Below, in pieces: positions 1 to 8,168 of a stretch of DNA of 64,000 nt. The number at the start of each line of letters is the position of its first letter. Position 1 is the first letter of the stretch. The stretch lies in contig OZ007020.1 of the NCBI GenBank assembly GCA_963931495.1, forward strand, positions 363,338 to 427,337. Direction: 5' to 3'. The notes beneath the pieces were generated by a model, which saw only the letters and a program-made list of their open reading frames with translations, was not told the DNA's origin and did not search any database. The position numbers and the translations under genes were made by a program. This stretch comes from an uncultured Alphaproteobacteria bacterium (GTDB lineage Bacteria > Pseudomonadota > Alphaproteobacteria > Rs-D84).

Positions 1-100
1 AGTTAAATGCCGGCACCGCATAGTGATTCGTAATTGCGTCGGCAAACATTTGTTTTGTGTTGACCAGTCCAAAATCTTTGTAATCCATAAAATCCCCCAT
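1..100 (-). CDS. Class II fructose-bisphosphate / tagatose-bisphosphate aldolase family protein, N-terminal part only; the gene continues beyond the window start
   Basis: Reverse-complement of 1-100 translates to MGDFMDYKDFGLVNTKQMFADAITNHYAVPAFN. This matches the conserved N-terminus of class II aldolases, (P)LVS(M/T)KxML..A....YAVPAFN. Alternative start at the ATG complementary to 86-88. Confidence 0.55.
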   Translation of the reverse strand, partial: MGDFMDYKDFGLVNTKQMFADAITNHYAVPAFN

Positions 101-464
101 GCTTTGTGACAATTATATCACAAGTGCCGCGAATAAAATATCAGGAATATTTTCGCAAAATTAACACCTTGACAAAAAATACATTTGTAGTGTATAATTC
201 ACAAGAACTTTGAAAACAACGTATATTCAGGTGGTTGGATACGATGAATATCTTTTGTATTCTTGACCGTTTTTATTCTGGGGGTGCGCCGTCGTGGCCG
301 CCCTGTGGGGTGACGGGGGGAATGCGGGGGAATGAATCGTTTCCGTTTGTTCAAAACGCGTCTGAATATGTTTTTGGGGCGATGTAAGACAGGGATGGGT
401 CCGGATTTTTTCGGCCCGTTTTTTGTTTTATGTTGCGTCAAATCGCCAAAATAAAAAGGAGTAA

Positions 465-920
465 GTGATGAAGTTCAAACGTGTTGTGCCATATAATTTG
501 AAAAAGATGCTGCCGATATTGGGAATTGCCGGTATCGGTGCCGTATCATCATGTGAAAAAGTTGAACCAATAGAAATGCCAAAGACGTCTGTAGAATTTG
601 AGATACGCGGCGGAACTAATAGTAATCTGGTCGCAGAAACGTGTGAATGGAACTATAATCGTATGGTGCCAGAGATATTTACATATGCGGACCAAGAATA
701 TATTGACACGGTGTATTTGGTGCCTATCAGTGTATGGTCATATAATTCAGAGGCGATACATTATATACGCAAAAACTTTTTAGAGCAATTTATAAACTAT
801 TCACCGAAAATTCGTGGAAAAGGTGATTTCCCGTTCCGTACAGGAGAGGCATCCAAGGTACCAGAAGACAGTTTATGGTTTGTCCAGAACGGTTGGACGA
901 TAAATCAAAAACAACGCTAA
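465..920 (+). CDS. Putative lipoprotein, paralog A (signal peptide with lipobox ...AVSSC)
   Basis: N-terminus MMKFKRVVPYNLKKMLPILGIAGIGAVSSCEK contains a lipobox. The C-terminus DSLWFVQNGWTINQKQR is shared with the next gene. Confidence 0.5.
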   Translation: MMKFKRVVPYNLKKMLPILGIAGIGAVSSCEKVEPIEMPKTSVEFEIRGGTNSNLVAETCEWNYNRMVPEIFTYADQEYIDTVYLVPISVWSYNSEAIHYIRKNFLEQFINYSPKIRGKGDFPFRTGEASKVPEDSLWFVQNGWTINQKQR

Positions 921-949
921 AGCGGTCTTTATTTACAAGGGGTAAGATT

Positions 950-1426
950 ATGAAAAAAATAAATTTCAGAAAAATTTTTCCGTATAATTTGAAAAAGATG
1001 TTGCCAGTATTGGGAATTGCCGGTATTGGCGCCGTGTCGTCGTGCGAAAAACCATCACCATATCAACCAGCGCCAGCCGAAGTTGATGTTTATTTTGATT
1101 ATGATAATACAGATCCAGCATATATATGGACATTAAGTTCAAATGGGCAATATACTTATGAACCCGGGAAACCTGTACAATATTACAATGAACATCCAGA
1201 TGTTAAGACAATTTATATTGTGCCGGCGGGGCAATGGAACGAGTATACTGGTGTTGTGTTGCAAAGAATACGTCCTGGGTTGGAGATGCTGTTTAATTAT
1301 TCGCCAAAGGTTCGTGGCAAGGGCAATTTTAATTTGCCGTTGGGGTATGCAGCCCAGTTTCCAGAAGATAGTTTATGGCTTGTTCAACATGGATGGACGA
1401 TAAATCAACAACAAAATCAGCATTAA
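950..1426 (+). CDS. Putative lipoprotein, paralog B (tandem duplicate of 465..920)
   Basis: MKKINFRKIFPYNLKKMLPVLGIAGIGAVSSCEK...DSLWLVQHGWTINQQQNQH. The internal ATG at 950 follows the stop of the preceding gene at 920. The ORF track started it at 875, overlapping the previous gene. Confidence 0.5.
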   Translation: MKKINFRKIFPYNLKKMLPVLGIAGIGAVSSCEKPSPYQPAPAEVDVYFDYDNTDPAYIWTLSSNGQYTYEPGKPVQYYNEHPDVKTIYIVPAGQWNEYTGVVLQRIRPGLEMLFNYSPKVRGKGNFNLPLGYAAQFPEDSLWLVQHGWTINQQQNQH

Positions 1427-1430
1427 TATA

Positions 1431-1460
1431 AAAAAAACCGGCATTTGCCGGTTTTTTTAT
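1431..1460. terminator. Rho-independent terminator (hairpin ccggcaaatgccgg flanked by an A-run and a T-run)
   Basis: aaaaaaaccggcatttgccggttttttt immediately after the stop at 1426. Confidence 0.6.
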
Positions 1461-1519
1461 CATTTGACAATACCGTTGTAAACGTGCAAAGATATTCTTA
1501 TAAGATGCGGGTCTTTATT

Positions 1520-2983
1520 ATGAAAAAACTGCTTAATACGTGGATATTTGTTTTTTTTGTGTGTGTTTGTTGTGATGTGATGGCCCAGGCTGTTGTTGGG
1601 GCTGGTGATGGGCCGGAGATTGTACAAGTCTGTCAGGTGAATTGTAGAGAAGTAAAACCAGTGGATGACCCAAATTGGGTTTGTTCAGAGGCGGGGGTCA
1701 CTTGTACAGCGGGATGCTACAAAAATCCTTACGAGGCCGAGGATGGAACACAGACAGCAAACTGTCAGGCGTGTGGTATTGGAACGTATATTGAATCCCC
1801 TGACCACGTCAGTCCGGCGTGCGATGATTGCAAGAAACCAGACAATGTTGCAAATACGGTTGTTAATTTTGTTGAAGATTCGGCGGACGTATTAAATCCA
1901 GATGTTAAGGATTGTACAGAGGATGGTTCTAATAATTCGTCATGTATATTAACTGGGCGTACATTAGAGTACGGATGTCCATGGATGGTAACGTGCGAAG
2001 ATGGATATTTTTGGAATGGCAGCCAATGTTCAAACTGTACCAAAGGATACGAAGGAAATGGAAAGACGTGGACCATGGTTGCAACTGGGAATAAGTTGTC
2101 TGGCATCGCAAAGGATAATCGGTTAGAACGTTGTATCGGTATTGAATATACGATATCTTTACAAACAAATACATCGTATGCCGCGAATATAACGCCGGTT
2201 GCCAGTGGGATGCCAACGTCGGATGAATATAAAGACAAAAGCGTCGTTTTTAAGTTTGGCAGTGGATTTAAGAACGGAAGCAGCCATACAACAACGTTGC
2301 CCAGTTCGTATTTGCAGCCGTCAACGTCGTACTATACGTTAACGTTGCCCAGTTCGTATTTGCAGCCGTCAACGTCGTACTATACGTTTTTGGGGTATTT
2401 CAAAACGGCCGATGATTCAGAAGATACAACGCCTGTTATAAAGCCGGATGGCACGGGTCAAGGGGCGGAATCTGCGGATTTGCGTGATAATAATACACTG
2501 TACGCGCGATATGAAATACATAATACCAGTGTATGGTACATGGATAAAAAACCACAGTCGTGGGGGAACGCGCCTGCGACCAAGGCAGAAGTTGTGTTTA
2601 CTGTAAAGAATCCAGAAGCAGACAGAAAGGTAAAGGCGTTGCCCAGCAATTGGTATCTGGATGGGAAAATTTTTGATTACTATGAGTGTTATAATGTAAA
2701 AACTGGTGCGGCGTGCCAGGGTAAAGTTGAATACGATCCGGGTGAATCTTTGATATTTTCAGATGATTTGGAACGTGTTTTGATTCCGCATTATCACGAC
2801 TGTCCCAAGGGACACTATTGCCCAAAAGGTGTGGAAAAGGATTGCCCCGCCGGGTCAACCACAAACAGCACGGGCCAGTCGCAGATTACCAGTTGCGTTA
2901 TGAAACCAACCGACAGTGGAACGAAATTTGTTGATCAATACGGAACCTTTTATTTGCCCAGTAATTCTGATATACCGTATTAA
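1520..2983 (+). CDS. Secreted cysteine-rich protein with ephrin-receptor/TNFR-like CxxCPxGxYC repeats
   Basis: Signal peptide MKKLLNTWIFVFFVCVCCDVMAQA. Repeated motifs CQACGIGTYIESPDHVSPACDDC and CPKGHYCPKGVEKDCPAGSTTNS. Internal 16-aa tandem duplication. Confidence 0.5.
   Translation: MKKLLNTWIFVFFVCVCCDVMAQAVVGAGDGPEIVQVCQVNCREVKPVDDPNWVCSEAGVTCTAGCYKNPYEAEDGTQTANCQACGIGTYIESPDHVSPACDDCKKPDNVANTVVNFVEDSADVLNPDVKDCTEDGSNNSSCILTGRTLEYGCPWMVTCEDGYFWNGSQCSNCTKGYEGNGKTWTMVATGNKLSGIAKDNRLERCIGIEYTISLQTNTSYAANITPVASGMPTSDEYKDKSVVFKFGSGFKNGSSHTTTLPSSYLQPSTSYYTLTLPSSYLQPSTSYYTFLGYFKTADDSEDTTPVIKPDGTGQGAESADLRDNNTLYARYEIHNTSVWYMDKKPQSWGNAPATKAEVVFTVKNPEADRKVKALPSNWYLDGKIFDYYECYNVKTGAACQGKVEYDPGESLIFSDDLERVLIPHYHDCPKGHYCPKGVEKDCPAGSTTNSTGQSQITSCVMKPTDSGTKFVDQYGTFYLPSNSDIPY
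2293..2388 (+). repeat. Perfect 48-bp tandem duplication (x2) inside the CDS, encoding TLPSSYLQPSTSYYTL twice
   Basis: aacgttgcccagttcgtatttgcagccgtcaacgtcgtactatacgtt occurs twice, back to back. Confidence 0.8.
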
Positions 2984-3106
2984 TTGATTTGATGTCCGTG
3001 GACTGTGTATTATATAACTTGACAACGTGGCGTTTTGTGCAACAATTGTAGTACGAATCGGGGAGCGGGTCAGAGAATACGTAAAGTTTGATAAAGGACA
3101 CGAAAT

Positions 3107-3502
3107 ATGAAAAAAGTTCTGGTTTCCGCAATTGCATTGACCGCTTTGACCGGATGCAGCGCATATTATGACTACTATAAGGGCGGCGTCAGATATACCC
3201 AAGATGGGCAAGATTGTATCTATTACGCCGGCGAATATGGACGTAATTTTTCCCAGTATGTCAGTGGTATTGATAATGGCAAAAAGATTGTCTATCGCAA
3301 CACACGGTGTGAAGACCTGTATGCGCGCGATACGTTTGGTTTGCCACAACGTAATGAACGCCAGGTTCTGGCCCCGGCGGCCCAAGAAGTGTCGTGCACA
3401 CAATGTGGTGCGTGTGGTGCCGAAACTGTTTCTTGCGGATGCGATTCTTGCGGTGCCCAGCCGGTTCTGAAACGCAGATATGTCATCGTTCCGGCGATGT
3501 AA
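3107..3502 (+). CDS. Small lipoprotein with a Cys-rich C-terminus
   Basis: MKKVLVSAIALTALTGCSAYY contains a lipobox (LTGC). C-terminus CTQCGACGAETVSCGCDSCG. Confidence 0.45.
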   Translation: MKKVLVSAIALTALTGCSAYYDYYKGGVRYTQDGQDCIYYAGEYGRNFSQYVSGIDNGKKIVYRNTRCEDLYARDTFGLPQRNERQVLAPAAQEVSCTQCGACGAETVSCGCDSCGAQPVLKRRYVIVPAM

Positions 3503-3633
3503 AGCAAACCAGATTTCGTTGACTTTTGGCGGCAATGCCGATGCTGTTCGGTGTTGCCGCTGTGTTTTTATCTTGCTTGAATCATGCGTGTTTTTGTGAT
3601 ACAATTGCTGTAACAGGTTAAAAGGGGATTCAT

Positions 3634-4014
3634 ATGAAAAAATTATTAAAGATTTTGGGTGTTGCTGGTATCATCGCAACCGTCGGTGCCGGCGGGGCAA
3701 TGGCGGTCGCGGCGGGCGGTGTCGGTGTTAATGATTCCGGACTGTGCATGTTAATCGGGCAAATGTATGGCGTGTTCAAAATATTACGTACGTTGGCGTT
3801 TGTTGGGGCTGCGTTCATTATCGCTGGATGGGCATGGACATATATTTCCAAAGGCAAGGTTGAAATGGAGGACCTGAAAGCCAAAGGTACAGGCATGTTG
3901 GTCGGGTTCGTATTGTTGTTTGGTATCGGTATTGTGTTACAGTTCTTCTTGTCATCAGCCGGGTTGGGGATGATTGGATGCGAAAATGTAATACTGCAAT
4001 GGGGATTGAATTAA
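3634..4014 (+). CDS. VirB2/TrbC-like type IV secretion pilin candidate (small protein with a signal peptide and two TM helices)
   Basis: Long signal peptide MKKLLKILGVAGIIATVGAGGAMA. The mature part NDSGLCMLIGQMYGVFKILRTLAFVGAAFIIAGWAWTYISKGK...MLVGFVLLFGIGIVLQFFL resembles the VirB2 arrangement (..NNICTFILGPFGQ..IGISWMFGR..hydrophobic helix 2). Confidence 0.35.
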   Translation: MKKLLKILGVAGIIATVGAGGAMAVAAGGVGVNDSGLCMLIGQMYGVFKILRTLAFVGAAFIIAGWAWTYISKGKVEMEDLKAKGTGMLVGFVLLFGIGIVLQFFLSSAGLGMIGCENVILQWGLN

Positions 4015-4042
4015 AAAAACGGCCAAATGGCCGTTTTTTATT
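4014..4042. terminator. Bidirectional Rho-independent terminator between convergent genes
   Basis: aaaaaaacggccaaatggccgtttttta. Confidence 0.6.
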
Positions 4043-4094
4043 GTTCTGGCGTAAATACCCCGGGCGTGGGCCCAAGGAATTATTTATTTTATTT

Positions 4095-5045
4095 TTATCG
4101 CTGTAAAACCTGGGGCGCGAATTGTTGAATAAATTTTTGTTCCGCGTTTTTGAATTCACGCGATATATTGGTGACTGATTTTTTGAATATGTCTTGTTCT
4201 GGGGCGATTCCAGTCTTTTGTATCATGCGAACGCGTGCAGACACCAGTTCTTCGTATAATATATCGGCAAAACGTTCAAATCGCATATGTGGGGTCGTGT
4301 CCCATGTGGCAATGGCGTTGCATATGCCCCGCCGGCGTGACAGTAATGACTGGGCCCCCATATAATTTGACAGTGGGTCATTGTCGTATATCGGAATGTC
4401 GTGACCGATTTTGATGTCGTTTGCGTCGCGACCATAGAAAAACGCACGGTGCATATAATAATGAAAATGGCGCATGTTGGCATGATTACGATGGGCAATG
4501 CCGTTGACCATGTGTTCTGCGCGTGCCAATTCATCACGCAATGATATGCGGGCGTATTGGTATGTTTGGTTGTATATATCACCGAATGTCGCGTTCGGCA
4601 TCATAAAATATGTCTGGGTGAATATCTGGCGTGGCCATTGACGCATTATTGACCAGCATGCATATCGGGTTAATTTGGCGTCTGGGGCGTTTGTTTTGTT
4701 TATTGTCTGGTTGCCGTCATTGATTTGATAGTTGTTATGTATCGTCGCAATGTGACCAGTATAGAAATTATAAAAGTTTTGCGGAATACGTTCGTTATCT
4801 GAATTATGTCGGCGGATTTTTTCAAATGTTTTGCGATTAATTGCGTCGCGACCAATTGTGTCAATGTCGTCGTGGTGACCCATGTATAATGGACCAAATA
4901 AATTATATAAATCAGAAAATAACCAATATTCGCATTCGGATGTTATGGCGGCGCCAGAAAACAGGGTGGGGGGATTATCGTCATATGTGCTGTGGGTGCA
5001 ACGATTCAATTGATTGTAAATATTTTCAGATTTTTCGTGTGCCAT
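4095..5045 (-). CDS. Hypothetical protein (316 aa), no recognisable family
   Basis: Long ORF flanked by terminators. Its codon usage is consistent with its neighbours. Confidence 0.4.
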   Translation of the reverse strand: MAHEKSENIYNQLNRCTHSTYDDNPPTLFSGAAITSECEYWLFSDLYNLFGPLYMGHHDDIDTIGRDAINRKTFEKIRRHNSDNERIPQNFYNFYTGHIATIHNNYQINDGNQTINKTNAPDAKLTRYACWSIMRQWPRQIFTQTYFMMPNATFGDIYNQTYQYARISLRDELARAEHMVNGIAHRNHANMRHFHYYMHRAFFYGRDANDIKIGHDIPIYDNDPLSNYMGAQSLLSRRRGICNAIATWDTTPHMRFERFADILYEELVSARVRMIQKTGIAPEQDIFKKSVTNISREFKNAEQKFIQQFAPQVLQR

Positions 5046-5067
5046 TTTTTGTCCCCTGGGGTGATTA

Positions 5068-5310
5068 TTATTTTTGTTCTTCTATGTTCGCCAATGAAAA
5101 CAAAACAGACGAAATCAATGATTGGTATGGGACGTGTTGTTGATCGGCCAATTGTTTTATGCGTTCCAAAATCTGGTGCGGAATGCGCATGTTTATCACA
5201 CTGTCAGATTTATTAAATGCGCGATATGCCGCATATTCTTTCAGTAAAGATTCTATGTTCATTATGAACAGTTGTTGCATTACGTTTGGCATACACAACC
5301 CCCTATACAT
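5068..5310 (-). CDS. BrnA-like ribbon-helix-helix antitoxin with no adjacent BrnT toxin gene
   Basis: C-terminal INMRIPHQILERIKQLADQQHVPYQSLISSVL matches the BrnA RHH signature (..LRLPeel...lk..A...GiPYQtlI..). The true start may be the internal Met at 5262. Confidence 0.45.
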   Translation of the reverse strand: MYRGLCMPNVMQQLFIMNIESLLKEYAAYRAFNKSDSVINMRIPHQILERIKQLADQQHVPYQSLISSVLFSLANIEEQK

Positions 5311-5512
5311 ACGGCAATACCGCCGTCTTTACAACGAACTATACCATTGTATTGGCATTTGTCAATACATTTGTAATTGCGGGTGTATGCACGGGTGTGA
5401 TGGCGTTTGTAGGGGCGTGTGTGTGACACTGTTTTTGGGGCGCAAAATCTTGCTTTTTATGTTTTGCGCATATAAAATTATTGTGTCTTTTGTTCGCAGG
5501 AAAGGTTCAGAT

Positions 5513-6832
5513 ATGATAAAGAAAATAATCTTTGGTGTGATGGCCGTAATGATGATTGCGTTTCCGGTCCATGCAGAAATCAAGGTTGATATTATTGCAA
5601 ATGCAGCCGAACCAATATCGGTCGCAGTTCAGAAAATTGAACCCGTTGGTGATGTTGATGCAGACGATCTGGAAATGATACGTGATGTTGTTGATGCAGA
5701 TTTGAAATCAACCGGACTGTTTCGTATTGTGTCGCGTGATGCGTTGCCTGAATTTGTAAAAATGGGAAATATGCCTGATTTTGAACTGTGGGATGCGGTG
5801 CGTGCCCAAGTTCTGGTCCAGGCAAAATTGGCCGCGGAATCTGGGGGGCGGTACAGTTTGGAATTTTATGTATGGGATGTAAATGGCCGTGAACAGATAG
5901 AAGCACAGAGTTTGGTCGCATCACGTAAATCTGTGCGGCGGTTGGCGCATATTATGGCGGATGCAATTTATGAACGTCTGACCGGTGAAGTCGGATATTT
6001 TGATACGCAAATTGTATTCATTGCGGAAACAGGACCTGTTGGTAACAGAATAAAGCGGATGGCAATAATGGACCAAGATGGTCATGGAATGCGATATTTA
6101 TCAGATGAAGATACTTTTGTTATGTCGCCCCATTTTTCGCCGAATATGCAAACAATTGTGTTTTTGTCTTTCCGTGATGATGATCCAATGGTCTGGACGC
6201 TGGATTTGGAAACAGGGGAACAGCGTCGGTTGGGCCAATTTGGCGGGATGAACTTTGCCCCGCGGTTTTCGCCAGATGGTACTAAAATTGCACTGTCGTT
6301 GGTTAAAAACGGCATAACGCACATATATGAATACGACATTGAGTCAAAAAAGTTGCGTCAATTAACCTTCGGGCGTTCGCTGAACACCAGTCCGTCTTAT
6401 TCCCCAGATGGTAAAAAAATGGCTTTTAATTCTGATCGCAGTGGTAACCAGCAAATTTATGTGTTGGATCTGGAATCAGGGGATGTGGAACGTATAACAT
6501 ATGGGGCTGGGCGATATGCAACCCCGGCATGGTCCCCAGATGGGCAATTTATCGCATTTACAAAAATTGCCGACGATACGTTCTATATTGGCATTATGAA
6601 TCCGCGGGGACGTAATGAAAAAATATTGGCCGGTGGATGGTATATGGAGGCCCCATCCTGGGCCCCGGGTTCACGGCGTCTGGTGTATTATGAAACAGAA
6701 AAGGCACTGGATGGTATTGAACGTATCAGTCATATTCGCAGTGTGGATATTACCGGACAGAATATATATGATATTGAATTGCCAGATGGTATAAATGGGG
6801 TTGAACCAACGTGGTCACCAAAGTTGCCCTAG
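5513..6832 (+). CDS. tolB: Tol-Pal system beta-propeller protein TolB
   Basis: Signal peptide MIKKIIFGVMAVMMIAFPVHA, a TolB N-domain and repeated FSPDG / SPDG propeller motifs. The ORF track began it at 5159, a spurious 5' extension. Confidence 0.8.
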   Translation: MIKKIIFGVMAVMMIAFPVHAEIKVDIIANAAEPISVAVQKIEPVGDVDADDLEMIRDVVDADLKSTGLFRIVSRDALPEFVKMGNMPDFELWDAVRAQVLVQAKLAAESGGRYSLEFYVWDVNGREQIEAQSLVASRKSVRRLAHIMADAIYERLTGEVGYFDTQIVFIAETGPVGNRIKRMAIMDQDGHGMRYLSDEDTFVMSPHFSPNMQTIVFLSFRDDDPMVWTLDLETGEQRRLGQFGGMNFAPRFSPDGTKIALSLVKNGITHIYEYDIESKKLRQLTFGRSLNTSPSYSPDGKKMAFNSDRSGNQQIYVLDLESGDVERITYGAGRYATPAWSPDGQFIAFTKIADDTFYIGIMNPRGRNEKILAGGWYMEAPSWAPGSRRLVYYETEKALDGIERISHIRSVDITGQNIYDIELPDGINGVEPTWSPKLP

Positions 6833-7224
6833 GGCTGGGGATTTCATTGATATCGGGCGTGGCATATGCGATGCCGGCGGTTGTTGACTATGTGATTGAC
6901 GGCGATACGTTTGGCGCACATGTGTTGGTAAGTGACGATATCAATGTTGATGTGCGTGTACGAATCGCAAATATTGATGCCCCAGAAATTCATGGTCGGT
7001 GTGAATTTGAAACGATGTTGGCACACCGGGCCCGTGACCGGTTGGCGGAATTGTTGCCAATTGGTGAATCCGTTGATTTAACAGATGTTCGTGATGATAA
7101 ATATCTGGGGCGTATTGACGCCCGTGTTATTCATGCAAAACATGGCGACGTTGGCCGCGTTATGATGACAGAAAATTTAGCGCGCAAATATGATGGCGGG
7201 CACCGTGATGGATGGTGTGATTAA
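6811..7224 (+). CDS. Staphylococcal-nuclease-like (SNase/thermonuclease) secreted nuclease
   Basis: VIDGDTF...VRIANIDAPE...YLGRIDARV pattern typical of the SNc fold. Carries a signal peptide. Occupies the position where pal normally follows tolB. Confidence 0.55.
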   Translation: MVTKVALGLGISLISGVAYAMPAVVDYVIDGDTFGAHVLVSDDINVDVRVRIANIDAPEIHGRCEFETMLAHRARDRLAELLPIGESVDLTDVRDDKYLGRIDARVIHAKHGDVGRVMMTENLARKYDGGHRDGWCD

Positions 7225-7235
7225 GTGCACAGTTA

Positions 7236-7415
7236 ATATATTACTTGCAAAACTACTATAAAACCAGTACCGAATGCAAAGAATGTCCATCGCCAGGTAC
7301 CAGTGATAACAATAATTCAAATGGAATTACAGATTGTTATATCCCGGCGGGTACCACCGGCAGTGATTCAACCGGTTCGTTTATGTATGTATCTGATTGT
7401 CATTATTCAAATTAA
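7236..7415 (+). pseudogene. C-terminal gene fragment of the ephrin-receptor-like Cys-rich secreted protein family, with no start codon
   Basis: Open frame IYYLQNYYKTSTECKECPSPGTSDNNNSNGITDCYIPAGTTGSDSTGSFMYVSDCHYSN*. It resembles the C-terminus of the 17423..18298 protein (CTPCPSHSSGT...ECYVIPNKFTGSDTTGS). It is only 59 codons long and lacks both an ATG and an RBS. Confidence 0.35.
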
Positions 7416-7441
7416 AATCCCGCAATATGCGGGATTTTTTA
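7414..7441. terminator. Bidirectional Rho-independent terminator
   Basis: aaaatcccgcaatatgcgggatttttt. Confidence 0.6.
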
Positions 7442-8146
7442 TGCACTGTGGCGGTTGATGGCCGCAGATATTTCGTCCAATGATGCGTTACAAGGTAACA
7501 TGGGTTCAAACCATACATTTGCCGTGCCTGGGCGCATTTTTCCACGCTTTGGCCAGTACAGTCCCGTATCTGTTCCAACCGGTAATATTGGTAATTTTAA
7601 TTCATGGGCCAGAAATAACAAACCGCGTTTTAATTTTACTTTTTGTCCCGGCTTTGCACGTGTGCCTTCGGGGAATATTATCAGTACCATGCCGTCCATA
7701 ATCTTTTTTGCCACGGCGTTTGTTAATTTATGCATGTTTGTTGCACCACGTGCACGATTTACCGGCTGTAACCCCATGCGCCAAAATGCCCATCCGTAAA
7801 TCGGAATCCACAATAATTCGCGCTTTATTATAAAAAATGCATGTGGCAATTTGGTTGTTAATATCGCAACTTCCAGTATGGACATGTGTTTTGCGGCAAC
7901 AATCGCTTTGCCATCCAGACGTATGTTTCCGTTTGGGGTCATTGGGATACCATTTTCTTCGTTTGGTGGAAAATGCAATGTGTACTTTATCCCAGCGACC
8001 AATCGGGCAATGCCCAGCACACCGCGCGCGCATGTGCGTATTAAAAAACGTATTAATGATTTGGATATTAACCCAATTAACAAAATCGGTGACCATAAAA
8101 CAAAATACAGTCCCAGTGTAATTTTGAAAAGAATTGTTCTGAACAT
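7439..8146 (-). CDS. plsC: 1-acyl-sn-glycerol-3-phosphate acyltransferase (PlsC family lysophospholipid acyltransferase)
   Basis: LIIFPEGTR motif and a KHMSILEVA (HX4D/E-like) motif. N-terminal TM segment. The ORF track extends to 8200, overlapping the upstream gene. Confidence 0.6.
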   Translation of the reverse strand: MFRTILFKITLGLYFVLWSPILLIGLISKSLIRFLIRTCARGVLGIARLVAGIKYTLHFPPNEENGIPMTPNGNIRLDGKAIVAAKHMSILEVAILTTKLPHAFFIIKRELLWIPIYGWAFWRMGLQPVNRARGATNMHKLTNAVAKKIMDGMVLIIFPEGTRAKPGQKVKLKRGLLFLAHELKLPILPVGTDTGLYWPKRGKMRPGTANVWFEPMLPCNASLDEISAAINRHSA

Positions 8147-8168
8147 TACTGTTTTTTCCTTTTGATTA

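Noticed and set aside
199-441. 80-aa minus-strand ORF and a GC-rich block (280-345) in the aldolase/lipoprotein divergent intergenic region
   Set aside because: The ORF is Arg/Pro-rich and low-complexity, typical of an antisense or non-coding frame in a GC-rich patch, with no RBS. I considered a tmRNA or SRP-RNA identity for the GC-rich block, but no tag-reading frame, no GGAAGCAGCCAAGG-type SRP motif and no tRNA-like end are present.
5159-5512. The 5' 118-codon extension of the tolB ORF, and similar N-terminal extensions of rpsJ, rpsQ, rplN, rplR, secY, acpP, mltG and the second lipoprotein
   Set aside because: The extensions lack signal-peptide and family conservation. Internal ATGs sit right before the conserved N-termini (for example MIKKIIFGVMAV for TolB). 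Several extensions overlap upstream genes or terminators.
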